Both the position numbers and the translations under genes were made by a program. Positions 33,774 through 46,704 of a stretch of DNA of 64,000 nt are shown piece by piece. Source of the DNA: Amphiscolops sp. MND2022 (Eukaryota); the NCBI GenBank assembly GCA_964187785.1, contig OZ076409.1:62560001-62624000 (forward strand). Reading direction: 5' to 3'. The notes under the pieces are model-generated. The model was not told the origin of the DNA and made no database searches. It saw only the letters and a list, made by a program, of their open reading frames with translations. Position 1 is the first letter of the stretch, and each line of letters opens with the position of its first letter.

Positions 33774-36700
33774 AAACGATATGGTAGCGATAAAACGCGA
33801 CTATTATAGGGCCTTTCGATGTGTTTTTTTGTTTTTCAGTACGGTCGAAGTGTCCATTTCACTCAGAATGTCAAAGTCCAAAGTTGTACAAATTGGCAAA
33901 TTGTTCAGAAGGGTCTCTCCATTTGTTTTTTGGCATTGCTTTCCGGAAAAGAGGTTTGTGTTATTGTCGTAACATTTCGAAAAATAATAACTTTCTGAGA
34001 GGGCCCTTTGGATTTCTTCGACAATGTGCGACTTTTTTGGGATCTTTTTTATCACGCAAAAGGGTTCTCGCATTGGTTCTTTGATGTTTCTGGTGAAAAA
34101 CAAGGGAAAAATTTGTATTTCTCTTGAGAAAAAGTAAAAAAAATATTTTGAAGCCCAAAGGATTCCCCTTTGGTGTTTTCTGCACTATGAGATTTAAATT
34201 TTCCTTGACGCTTTGAAGTACTTTTGCTCTCTTTAAGCTTAAGCGGGGCGCCGACTGATGCCATTCCCAGCTTGTTTTGTTTTAGCAAGGTACCGGCTTG
34301 AGCCACTGCCTGTTTACTTCCGGTTTATTAAATTGCGTGAAAAAAACTTCTGAACAAAAAATGACTAACCAAAAGGTGAAGGGTTCTGTCGATGACTGGT
34401 GGCCAAGGTCAAATCCAGAATACTAGACTCCATATTTGGTGAAAAGTAAAAAAGGAAAATATGTTCAGATTCAGATAGCAGTGAAGTTTCTGAAGCACAA
34501 TGAATTGAAGTATTTCAACCCCCACTTTAATTCAATAAAATGTTTTACTAATCGAATGCGGTAATGTACCTTACTCAAGGCTTGAACTTGAAAAGACGCC
34601 CTCTTTATGGGGTCGATAATCCGAATCTACTTGAGTTATAACTACAGCAGGTCTAAGTTATGACTTTCAATGACTAATATTACAAAATTCGGTGAAATTT
34701 GCAGGTTTAGAATGATACGGACGGTTTGCTGGATAATGAGTAATAATTCACTGACAAGTAGGTTATCTCTTGCATAACTTGTACGAGCAACTAGAGACAT
34801 ACGATGTTGCCATAAAACGAGAACTATCTGCTAAACTCTCCTTATCTTGGCATTTCAAACAAACTTCACGGATGGGGCTGCGATGCGTTCGTTCCTTTAT
34901 AAATTGCGACTTGGAGATTGTTAAAAGAAATTTCGGATGTTACCAATATACAAGTACAAAGATCCAGTTTTTTCTAGTATAATTGGGAAACTGAAGAACT
35001 GTCTCCGTAATAATATTTCGAAGGGTGTTTAAATAAACTGAATCAACGCGATATATAATGCCCCTCGGAAATAATTGTTGGTATTTTTTAAGGTTTTTGG
35101 GTGATTAGCAAAAAGTGGGATTGATATCGGTGTCAACAATAAAAAATTGCTTCGTTGGACTGTGGAATTATTTAGCCAATCAGAAGCGCCGATCTGGGAA
35201 CATGGATGGATCTTGTAAAATTTACACTAATAGGAGCTAAAATGCAAGCAAAAACACCTTAGTGTAATTCTAGGAAACACGCAGCAATGCTTACGTGTGT
35301 TGTTCAAGTATGTTGAAATTCTGGAGTCAAAATATAGAGGAGCTGATAATTTCTACATGAAAGGGGAATTATAAGTTGAATTGAACAATTACAACTTTGA
35401 AGATTAATCGCTGAGCTTTATGATTGGATAGATATATCCATCCAAACGACTATAATCTTTGGAAATAACTAGAAATTCGTAGGTTTCTAGCTTCTATGAA
35501 AACTGTTTTTTGGCCCGTGTGAGTTTTTCTGGAAGTTTTTGGTGTCGCTTTGGAACGAAGGGCTGTTTTGTATGTTGGCCGGTGAATCAATCAGAGTGGA
35601 CGGTGAATGCTAATGGTAGAGGAACGATGAAGTGAATTTCAGAATTGTTGGATTGATAAGAGAGAAAGAAAGAAAGAAGAAATTTGATAGAGGAGAAGCG
35701 AAGTGAACACAAAACTGAACGGAGAAAAGATTGAATAGAAAGATAAGCTCAGGGTAAAGAAGATAAGCGTCACAAATAAGAGAAGAGATACCAACAACCA
35801 AGATAGAGAACGAGAAAGAAACTACAGCCTAGGCTAGCCGGTTGGCTGTGTAGACGCATATATGTATAATATATATGTGGTGAGCACGTATTGGCAGAAA
35901 TAAGTTGGCTGATAACGGGGCTCTTTAGGCTGAAAGAGGGGTGGGGGGTGACTGATAAGTAATAAGGGAGGGAGTCCTTATCACCGTGATCGTGAAATGG
36001 AATCAGCTGAGCCAGCTAGAAAGAGCCAGCTACTAATATCGTTGCACTGGCCAAATCCAGAATGAACCACAGATAGAAGCGACCGACCGCCGTTTACCCA
36101 AGAAACAATCCAGAGATTCCGAACTCTGTTGGCTACAGCAGCCAGTGTTGTGAAGAGGACCGAGGAATGTAGAAATGAGAAATAGCTGCAGCTATCTAAG
36201 ATTAGGCAGATGATATCTTCTTATATTCATTCCAAGATTCCAGCATTTTATGAATCTACTTCGTCGACGGTACGCAACAATAGCGAAATAGTTGTAGAGC
36301 TACCAACTACAAAGTGTTAAGTGCTAGCTCAAATTTTGCTTTTCCCAGTTTGGAAAGCGTGCGCCCAGATATTTACGTGAGTTTACAGGGGGGTTATCTA
36401 TTAATTTACATAAGGAAACCACTTTGGCGTCGCCATCGCGACGTGGAAAGAAAAGATAAGATTAAAAAATGAGCGATAAGATAACTTATATAATGCCGCA
36501 ACAGGCAAGAAAATTTATCTTTTCTCAAATCAATCCTATTTAATCGGCTCCCATTATATTGCTCCTCTTCTGTAAGTAGCAGCCGTTTTTATCCCAGTCA
36601 CAGAACAACTCAGTGCTAAGCTCGCACGCTTCCGATGCCCGCAGATTGAGACTCTCTAAGTATTTTATCCACTTTAATTCAAACACACATTGATAAAAAG

Positions 36701-36910
36701 TGCTGATTAATTCAACTCTTCTCTCGGTTTTTGATAACGTGGGATAATAAATTTGCTTGATAAGGACAGAGCGTGGAATGTGTAGCAAGGAGCAATATAT
36801 GTACACGTAGTTGGAACGACAAAGTAATCAAATTTACTCTACTCATGAAAGAGATTACAAGTGTAGCTGAACTTACGCAGTTGAAAATGGGGGCTTCCCA
36901 CGAAGCAGAA

Positions 36911-37006
36911 TATTCACTAAGCCGAAAAAACGAAAATATTCACTAAGCCGAAAAAACGAAAGTATTCACTAAGCCGAAAAAACGAAAGTATTCACTAAGC
37001 CGAAAA
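36911..37006 (+). repeat. 26-bp tandem repeat (about 4 copies) in the left TIR
   Basis: TATTCACTAAGCCGAAAAAACGAAA(A/G) at 36911, 36937, 36963 and 36989; two inverted copies at the right end. Confidence 0.9.
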
Positions 37007-37255
37007 TTACGTAGCACTGTATAATTCTCTGCAATCTAATTGGCTGACGCGGGCGGACCGGAACGAAGTCCGTACAGAATTTTTTTTAAAAATGAAATTT
37101 TCAATTTCCCCCAGTCAGCTATGTTCACATACTCCTAGTACCCTAAATGCAGGAGCGAAGCGACGTGCCATTTGGCCATGCCTCAATGTTGCTACCTGGC
37201 GAAGGGAGCGAAGCGACTGAGCCATACAACAAATATTCTAACCTATTCAAATAAA

Positions 37256-38133
37256 CAGGGCCCGGATTTTCATGCGTAAAAAATATGCCAAATATGCGTA
37301 AAAACATGCGTAAAAAATCCTAAAATATGCGTAAAAATATGCGTAAAAATTTATTGGTTTTCATACACAGTATTATACCAATAGACACATAAATGGTGTT
37401 TCAAGTTTTCAATGGTAAGTGACATTCTTTGTGGAGTTTGAATTTGTCCCATTTCTGAGAAAACTCTCTCTATATCGGCAGAAACCAGGGGTGCATATCG
37501 GTAAATTGGAGCATCTAGTGGTGGCACATCAGAACTGACTCTCTCTCCTCTCAGAATTTTTGCAAAATCTTGCAAAATTTTATAATCAGGATTTCGGGTT
37601 AAAACAGCATCGAGTTTCTCTTTATAGTTGTCGCCTTGTACGTTGACAATAACTTTCTCCAAAATAACAAACTGATCACACAACGACAGTCGTCCCTGTA
37701 ACTTCGTAATGGCCTCTGGTAACAGACCATGTCTCCAACAGGGATTTTACTTTTCGACAATACGATTGCTCGTAATTCCAGTTTTGCATACCACCAGGCA
37801 ATGTCTTCACATAGTCAGAACCGTGCAATTTGTGTTTTGGCATCTTGGACAAATGCACAGTAAGCAAGATCAAATGGCAATACAATACTGTAAACACTGA
37901 GAACGAATAAAGCAGTGCCAGACAGACAGGCACCACATAACCGCAATGTTTGCTCACTGAAATCTGTCACACTCACATACACATTCCTGAAAGTAAATTG
38001 TCACTGCAGTCCAATTCCTTGTCAATTTTGGCTAAATATGCGTTAAGTTCATGAAAATATGCGCAAAAATAAATTTAGGCCAAATATGCGTAAAAACATG
38101 CGTTATGAACTTCTCATATAAATCCGGGCCCTG
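37256..38133 (-). mobile_element. Internally deleted hAT DNA transposon nested in the MULE-like element
   Basis: TIR CAGGGCCCGGATT / AATCCGGGCCCTG, 8-bp TSD CAAATAAA (37248-37255, 38134-38141), subterminal AAAAYATGCGT repeats. Confidence 0.9.
37351..37683 (-). pseudogene. hAT transposase C-terminal remnant
   Basis: YAPLVSADIERVFS...QRMSLTIENL matches the hAT dimerisation region with the catalytic ERxFS. Confidence 0.8.
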
Positions 38134-41077
38134 CAAATAAATCAAGTTCCATACATATTGGCTGTAACAGTATACATTTCATTGTATTTTTCGGCTTAGT
38201 GAATACTTTCAATTTTTCGGCTTAGTGAATATTCTGCTTCGTGACACCCCACCGTTGAAAATTAGCAGCAATTTTTACACAAGAGTTACCATAGTTCAAA
38301 TATCTTGCATGTCATCTAAAAATAATTGGTATCAGGGGTCCTAAAAACGGGCCTTTTTAAAAACGGGACTTTCTTCCAAGCATGAAAAATGTTCAGCAGA
38401 TGGTCTTTTACAGCTTCAATACATTGAGACAGAATTTTTTTCAAAAAAAAACGTTCGATAAAAATTCCGTGTTTAATCATAACATTTTAATACACGGTAC
38501 CAAAAAATCGACAGAGAATTATTATTAAATTCACAATATTTTTAGCAGGCGCTTTCGATATAGTACACTTTTTTAGTAGTTACTTATATTTCTTTAAAAC
38601 TAGTCGAACTGGCAGATTTATAAATAAGTTTTTAAAAACTTGGACTTAAAAGGGGCGAAAGGCTGCCCCCTTTGATTGTTTTACAATTTCAAGTGAGTTG
38701 CAAGGTTATAAAGACTTTTGTGAAAACCATTCCACAGAACGCTTCTTTGGTTTTTGGAATACCTTCAATCAACCAGTTCGTTTTTCGAACGAAAAGAACC
38801 TTCTTTGAGTTTTTCTGCTTTGTACTTTTTTTGAAAATTTTTGCCAAAAATACTTTTTTTAAAAGTTCCAGTTGAGGAAAGTCGTTTTCTGAGCCTAAAG
38901 GGGTTCCTTTTGCAATGTTTGAAAACATAGAGATTATAGAATTTTTTGATTAGTTATCCTTGAGTTTATTCAAAAGATTTTTCTCTTTCTGAAACAAAAG
39001 CGGGGCCAAGACTTGGGCCGTTCCCCGCTCGTTTGAATATGTGTTTGGCAAAAAAAGTCTAACAAAAGTGATCCAAACTTTGTCCAGGTAAATTATGATA
39101 CCTTTTGCTTGGAAACCATAAATAAAGAAGATGTAGTTTTCTGTTTTCGAGAAATCATACTTTAGAAAAAATCTATTTAGCAATAACTCGAGAACCATTG
39201 ATCATAACTGGAAACGATAAGAACAAATTCATCAGGTTCGATTCTATGTTTCGAATTTTATTATAAATATTTTCAACGAAATTAAGAAAAGGTAACGTAG
39301 GGGTATTAATATCACAATGTCTTGTTTGGGCTACTGAAAAATTAACACAGAAAATTTAACAATGACAGCTGAAGAAAACTCAAAACAAGACGCCCGCTGA
39401 CCAATAGGATATTTTCCGACCCCAAACGGAAAAACGGAAAATATATATAAACTAGATGTTTATAGTCACAAAAAGTCACTGAAAACTTCACAATTTGATG
39501 TTTTCTACTCCTTTGGGTCATTTCGACGCACTCTTCAAAAACGAAACTGCGGATATCTTTTCTAAAATGCCTACTGGATGCCAGATTCAGTCGAATGTGA
39601 ACATTTCCATCATTCTAACATACAGAATGGCTCAAAAAGTTTACAAGAAACACTCGAAAAATTGCATGAAAACGTCGAACACTACTGGATTTTTGGGTGT
39701 AGGTCTACTAATTTTTCTACCGGGGAAACTGCAAAATTGTCCTTTGAAAAGCGTATTGCTTAGGTAGTTATTTGTTTAAGGTTTTTTCTGCAGTAGTGCA
39801 ATTTTTTTTCTCGGAACCCCTAGTGGTAGCTACATTTTTCAACCTTGATCCTGTGTAATTTCTAATTTAGATAATCATTCAGATAGTGTTCAAAATTGGG
39901 AGTATGTCGTCGTTAAAAAGTAACGTTTTATTAATTTGTTCTCAAATTTGAGGAACTTTGTTCCATTTTCTTTGCCAACTAGCGTTTTGAATGGACTATT
40001 GTTTCAATGTTCAGGTCAAGGGAAATCTATTCTACAAAAAATTTCGTGAAATGAACAAAAATGGTATGAAATGTCAAAAATGAGTTTTTGTTTTTGAGGT
40101 TTTTTGAAACCATTCTCAACAAGAAAAAATTACAAAAAAGCTGCATAAAAGCGTCAAAAACTTGGAATTTTTTGAATACTTCGGGTCATTCTGGGATGTT
40201 TTTATAACTTACCTTTTTTGACTAATTTGGCCTCATTTTGAGGCACTTTTGTAACAAGAAACTGCATTCTTGTGCAAAGAGCGCACTTGATCCCGCGTTT
40301 GTTCATTGTTGAAAGTATTTATTATTTTAACACACGAAACGTTCAGACAATTTTACAAATTTGCAAAATCATAACTTTAGTCGACTGTTTTAGTTAGCCT
40401 CTTGAACTGTTTTCTCTCGAAAACTGCCAAGTTTCCTATGAAAGTCGTACTTTAGGCTTATTTCGTTTGGAGCCTATATAGCCAACTAATTTACAAAGTC
40501 ATCCAAAACTGCAAAAAATTCAAAATTGTCAAATGTGGTATTTTCAGACTTTTTATGCCGATTTGAAACGTTTGCTGACATAAGCATTATTGCGATTATC
40601 TCTCCAAAAAGCCTATTTGAGAACAATTTTATTCATTTTTGAACGTCTTCAACATTCTTCTTAGAAAAAATTTACTGAAAATACGTTTAGAAAAACGAGA
40701 TTCATCTACTTTTCGTCTCATTTGGAGTCATTTTGAAGATCTTTCAAAGCAAAACAATTCATCTTTCTCATCAAAATGCGTCCTATATAGTTACTTCTTT
40801 CTTCCTTGAACGTTTTGAACCCTCTAACCGATCAAGACCCTGCTAAAGTGAACGAATTGTTTGAAAAACGACAGAAATAGAAAATTCTTGTGTCTATTGA
40901 AGCCTTTTTTTCTATCAAATAAATGCTTTTACCGCTTCGACAAGTTATTTTGTTGTTGAATGTTCTCGTAAATCATACCACGAATTCTATCAAAAACTTG
41001 ATAAAACTTGCTTAAATCCAAACGCTACTGTTCCAATAATTTCCACATCAATTTTCAAATAGTCAACCCTAAATGAA

Positions 41078-41630
41078 AAACAAGCCGGGACCGGCCCAAG
41101 TCGGCGCCATATCCAAGGCTCAAAAATAGCAAAAAGACTTCCAAGTGTCAAGTATTCCCTTTTACAGTACTCGAAAATCGAAAATTTTCAGAAAAATTTT
41201 TTCGGAAAAAGTTACATACTCAAAAAAATGGACCGAGTGGCTCGCCGGGCCCCGCTAGCGCGAGCCCCTGGCGCGCTAAAGTCTCACAATGCCGAAAACT
41301 GAAAGCGGGGACCCTTTTGGATTTTCAACATCCATTCTGTCGCAAAACATCAAAAAAATGCAGGGGGACCCTTTGGGGAAATTTTTTTTTCAAAAAAAAG
41401 TCTCGCAGTCCCAAAAAAATGAAAGAGGGGACCCTTTGGTCTCGCCCGGTATGGTATGTTACGCGGAAAAACAGGAAAAAACTTTTTGGTTCAGTTCGCT
41501 AGGCCAAATAGTAAAATTTGGTGCAATAATATTTTGTAGAACTTTTAGGAACTATTTTGGCCAGTTCGTGTGGATAGAAAAAAAAGAGTCACTATAATAG
41601 TCGCGTTTCACTTCATGAAGCGCCGACTAA
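41078..41630 (+). mobile_element. Helentron/DINE-like non-autonomous repeat, well-preserved copy
   Basis: Subterminal inverted repeat AGTCGGCGC (41099-41107) / GCGCCGACT (41620-41628), terminal hairpin, A-rich flanks, no TSD seen. Confidence 0.6.
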
Positions 41631-44600
41631 TAATGTAGGAAATAAAAATTTCCAAAAATGAACACGGCAAAGTAATTGTACTCAGTTTAGTTTTGTTAGT
41701 AAGTTAGACAGAACTACGACATGGAAACGAGACTGAGGCATCAGTTTTTTTCAAATCCATATGCCATTGAGACGTAAATGACAAACGTTTTTCAAATGCC
41801 TCAACAGATAATCCGATGAAGTTTCGCTACAACAAGAAAAAATTGATCCAACCATTCACCTACGCATCTGGAGCTCTTCAGTTTTCCAGACTGACAATTC
41901 CAAAGTCAAAATTGAGAAGAAAAGCCACAAAAGTTTATTTCCCATTCTATAAGTGAACGCGACAAAGTGCGAAATACAAATTTGGTGTTCAACCACAACT
42001 CGTTTATCATGAGCAGAGCCCGATGCTAATTTGCGACCCAACGTTTTCAACTGTACAAGTAACAACATTACGAGATCTTTCTTCCAGCAATCTAAGAGTT
42101 TCGAGTACATTTTTATGGAATTGAGAAGAAACCTGATCTAAGTAATCTTTTTATTTTCCGCCCACATAAATGGGGGAAGAAAATCATTATCTGTGACGCG
42201 TTTTTTTCGCAAATTTTGCCAAAAATCCACTTTATCTCCACTCCATCGAGTGAAGTGCACTTTATTTATTGCTTGCCCAGCCAGTAGGTCGTGGGTTAGA
42301 TCCTCTCCTTCGCCATACTTTTGTTTGCAATAAGATTGTCGCGGAAAATATTCTGATGCTTAGCGGGCGTCTTGTTCAAAATCAAGAGTTCTCATTTTCT
42401 TGAAACAAAAACTAATGAATAACATTGTTCGGAATATTCGGAATATAATAGCTATCTGCGTAGAAATGTTCATCAGACCTCTGGTTGAAATCTTAACCTC
42501 TGGTTAATATCCTACACAAATTTTCGTGAATTCAACAAAATTGGTACTAATATCTGAAAAACGATCTTTTGTTATTTTTGGTTTTCGGGGTAATTTTGAG
42601 GCCGATTTCAACAAGAATTCGTCTTTAAACTTTCAGAAACGCCTACTCGATACCAAGTTTTGTCGTTGTTGAGTATTTACACTATTGTATCCCACGAATC
42701 TGCTCAGAAATGTTACAAAAAAAAGCTACAGTTTTTTTCTAGCTACAATTCAATTTTCTTATTGAATGTTCCCATAATTTATTCAACGAAGTCTGTCAAA
42801 AAGTTGTTAAAAGTTGCATAGAAACGTAGAAAGTTGGAAAATTTTCGATTTTTGTTTTATTCAGTCCCAATTTGAGGCTTTTTCCCTTAAAACCTGATTT
42901 CATTTCTTCAGGAAAGCTCTATATATATTTCTTCATATTAGCGCTCTTAACTTTACAGTGACTCTAATTATTGTATGGCAAACTTCACTTCCTTTGTAAA
43001 ACGTGAGATGAAAAAACTTTTGATATTTCTTGGAGTGCTCAGTAAATGTGTTGAGCATTCTTATAAAAAGTTTGTCATGGTTTAAATTTTTTTTGATGAA
43101 AGTATCACCAGCGTCGCTGTCTGAAAAGTAGAATTGCTTTAGAAATATTAATTTTCGGCTCTCCTTGTAATTGTAGGTTGCCCTTTTCTCAACATTTTCC
43201 GCTCTTTGAACAACCGCATAGAGAACTCGGGAGAAAAACATCTACAATGATACACTTCCAGATATTTTACATTGAGCTTCTGCATTGAATCAAATATGTT
43301 TTCGCGGATGTTGTATTCTAGCGTTCTAACTTATTTTAAACAGTCCGGGAACGTCATAAGTGGGAGCCATGCTTAAGGCTCAAAAAGCATCAAGGATTCT
43401 TTTTTGAATAATTTATCAAATTCATAGTACAGAAGAAATCCAAAAGGCGAAAAAATGCTAATAGGATTACGTCTTTACTTTCATAGTTTCTAATCGAACG
43501 AATAGGAGCTAGACACAGAGTTTTTGACCATAGCTTCCGTTGCGTTCATATTCCACGCTAGACCAACTTTTTTGTTCTTGCAAAGATAGAGGAAAAATGA
43601 AAGAGTTCACACTTCGGGTTATTCGGCACTGTGCCGTGGTTTCCAAACTACTGAATTTTCCCTACTTTTATTTTTGACTTAGGCAAGGACAAAGCGTTAT
43701 GGGAGCTTAGAGGACCTCCGGTGTTTTTCGCACAGCGCAACTTTTCGGGTGAAAATTTCCAAACAAATGGTCCTTTTGATGCTTTCAGTGAAGCAAAATA
43801 TTTTTTCCAGACTCTGGGCTGATGTTATTTTTCGGAATTTGTTTTGAGATTGAAAGGAATCCTCTTGGAAAATTCTTGAGTCTATTCAAAAACTTTGTTC
43901 CATTCGAGCCTACTCAAGCCCTTCCCGTGTGTTTTTTTCGGCTTAAAAATTTGCATGCTCAAACGATTCCACTTCCACTATTCGGCACAGTGCGATATTT
44001 TCGTGTTTTAAAATACCTTCGTGGTCGGCGTCTTTTGTGAAACAAAAAATGCCAGATTTTTCCAGTGACTCTTTTTTTAGTCGGTGCGTTTTCGTTTAAA
44101 GGAAAAATGCCCGACTCTTACAGTGACCTTCTATTTTCAAATCCGGCCCAGGCAAACTGAGTGCAAATGGTCCCCTTTCATTTTTTTACTTTTTTTAACG
44201 TAACCTTCAAAACCGGACGAAACTAAAGGCCCCCCCCCCCGTTTCGATTTTTTTCGACACGAAGCGACTATTTTCGAAAATTTTTTAATGTCTCGAAAGG
44301 GTCCACTCTTCGAGTTTTTTTATATTTTGCAACAGAATGTATGTTAATAAATCCCGAAGGGTACCCCTTTTTACATTTTTTGGCACTATGTGACATTTTC
44401 CCAGTGAAAAAATACGAAGATTTGTTCAAAATCCGAGACTTCTAAATTCTAATTTCCGAGACTTATCGAGCATGTAAGACACCTTTTGGGTGTCTCGAAA
44501 CTGTTTTCTGAGCTTTTCATAAATAAGTCCTGGGCATATTTTAAAAACTTTGCGCTTTTGGAGCATTAGATATAACGCCGACTTTAGTTTTTGAAGCTTT

Positions 44601-46169
44601 TTTTTGTTACTAGACAATACAGAATGTTTGGTTTCACTTGTTTTTTGGAATAATGAGACATTTCCTTTTATGTCACCAAAGGGTCCCCTCTTGGGATATT
44701 TTGATTTTTTTGCACCCAACCGGATGATAAAAAAACACAAAGGGTCCCCCAATTTGAGTTTTTTGGTACAGTGAGACTTTCCTCGATTTTTAATACTTTG
44801 GAACTGATGAGGTTCCTCGATGATTGTGGAAAAGATCTACGATTTTTTTCGACACTGTGTGACCTTTTCTTGACGCAATTTTCACTGGGTCAAAGGGTAC
44901 CTACTTCGTTTTGATAAATTTTTTCGGCCTGAAAAAAGCGTTTGTCAAGCACAAAGTTTCATTTTTTGGACTATGGGACTTTTGCTCGTGTGGCATTAGT
45001 GCATTTAAATGTCATTAAGGCATGTAACACGATATTTCAATACGACCACCTTATATTATGACGTAACTTACCTGCCACAATACTGACATCTATTGTAGTA
45101 TTATACACTAACACCAAATCCCACATTTGGTTACATTACAGTACTGAATCCCCAATTCTTATCCTACTGACCATAAACAACATGGCGAGTCAGAAGGAGT
45201 CAAAAGAACGAAAACAACTTACCAGAATAAACGCGCAGACTCTCCTCAAGTGAGGAATCGGGAGAAAAGAAAGAGAGAGCAACAACACACCGGAAGATAA
45301 CATTGCCAGTATTCGAGAAGAAAACCATACAAGAGGCGAAATTATGGTGGTGACGATTAGTGCAATAAATCAAGATGACAAAGAAATTCAACCAGAACAT
45401 GATGACAACGAAGAAATAAAATCTAGATCTATACAGAGATGAACTGGAGATAAAGATAAAAGATCTGGGCTATAGGAGAAAAGCCATTCACCGAAATGAT
45501 GAAAACGGTGAGAGACAACAATCCGAATAAAATGAACATCAATCAACTATACTCACTATTTCGACTTCACTTTATACCAGAAAGAAACACGTTTCATAGT
45601 TGAACAGTTTTTTTGGATTAGTACGAGAACCGAACAAAACGTCTGCGGATGTTTGGACGAGAATATTATAGATGGACAAAAACTGTGAAATTGACAACGC
45701 GGCGCCACCTGAGCATCGCATCGAAGTTCTTATCACTGATCGGAAGATCAACGGGACCTAAGAACAAAATACGAAGGACCAACAAGACCATTGAAACAAA
45801 AGCCGATCTAGCACACGAATACATGTATGGCCGGTTATACGACTCAAATAATTCCAACAATGGAAGAAATAAAACACGTCCAAAAAGGGTCACAAAAAAT
45901 GGTCAGAAAAGTCTGGACACGAGAGAAACAAAAAACGACCAGTGTACCAAAGGCAGAAGTACAAAGTCAATCGGTGCGGACAATGCGGAACACCAAACTG
46001 GCCAAGACATCATATATGCCCAACCGTAGCGGCAGAGTGCCACAATTAAAAAAAGGGCATTAGGAAAAAATGCGCCGACTCCCAAAGAAAATACAAAACG
46101 TGGACGAAGCATCATCATCAGTTGTGAGGATAACTGTGATTGCAACATGATCAGAGCATAAACAACAAC

Positions 46170-46704
46170 AAACAAGACGGGAACGTCCCAAGTCGGCGCC
46201 ATATCTTAGGCTCAAAAATATTCAAGGAACAACTATTGTAAATATTTGGAAAAAAAAATTTTCAAAAAAATTATTTTTGAAATTTTTTTTCGAAAAAAAG
46301 TATTTTGTAAGTCGCAAAATGCCGAAAAACTCAAAAAAAGGCCATTCAGGCTCATTCAACGTTTTCTACAAACCGAAAATTTCAAAAAAAATGCAAGGGG
46401 GTACCCTTTGATAAATTTCAAAAATTTTCGAAAAAAGTCGCATAGTGGCGAAAAAAACCCAAAGGGGGGGGCACTTTGGTCTCACCTGTACTTTTGGAAG
46501 CATTAAAAAATTTATGGTTTAGTGCGAGAATCGAACCCACGCACTCCGGCTGGGTCGAAGATGGAAGATGAACAAATATGAAAGATGAACAAATTGTAAG
46601 AAAAGTGGACCACTCAGAGTGAGATTGTCAACTGAAAAAAACAAAAAAAAACTACTCACTGTAAGAGTCGGGCTTTTTTCCTTAAGGGAAAAGGCGCCGA
46701 CTAA
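46170..46704 (+). mobile_element. Helentron/DINE-like repeat inserted between gag and protease of element D
   Basis: Same termini as 41078-41630; interrupts the relic coding sequence. Confidence 0.65.

Larger units (their letters stand above)
36889..38253. mobile_element. Non-autonomous MULE/Mutator-like DNA element
   Basis: 9-bp TSD GTTGAAAAT (36880-36888, 38254-38262); G-rich termini; inverted repeats CACGAAGCAGAATATTCACTAAGCCGAAAA. Confidence 0.8.

Noticed and set aside
34361..34530. Peptide with DDWW..YLVK resembling a hAT dimerisation region
   Set aside because: In-frame stop and too weak a match
36911..37006. Regularly spaced repeats resembling a CRISPR array
   Set aside because: No unique spacers; tandem units inside a transposon TIR in eukaryotic DNA
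41856..42110. 84-aa minus-strand ORF with a possible splice donor
   Set aside because: No recognisable motif or partner exon
46520..46545. tRNA-like GGGTTCGATTCTCGCAC (minus strand)
   Set aside because: Only a T-arm/B-box-like fragment inside a repeat; no cloverleaf
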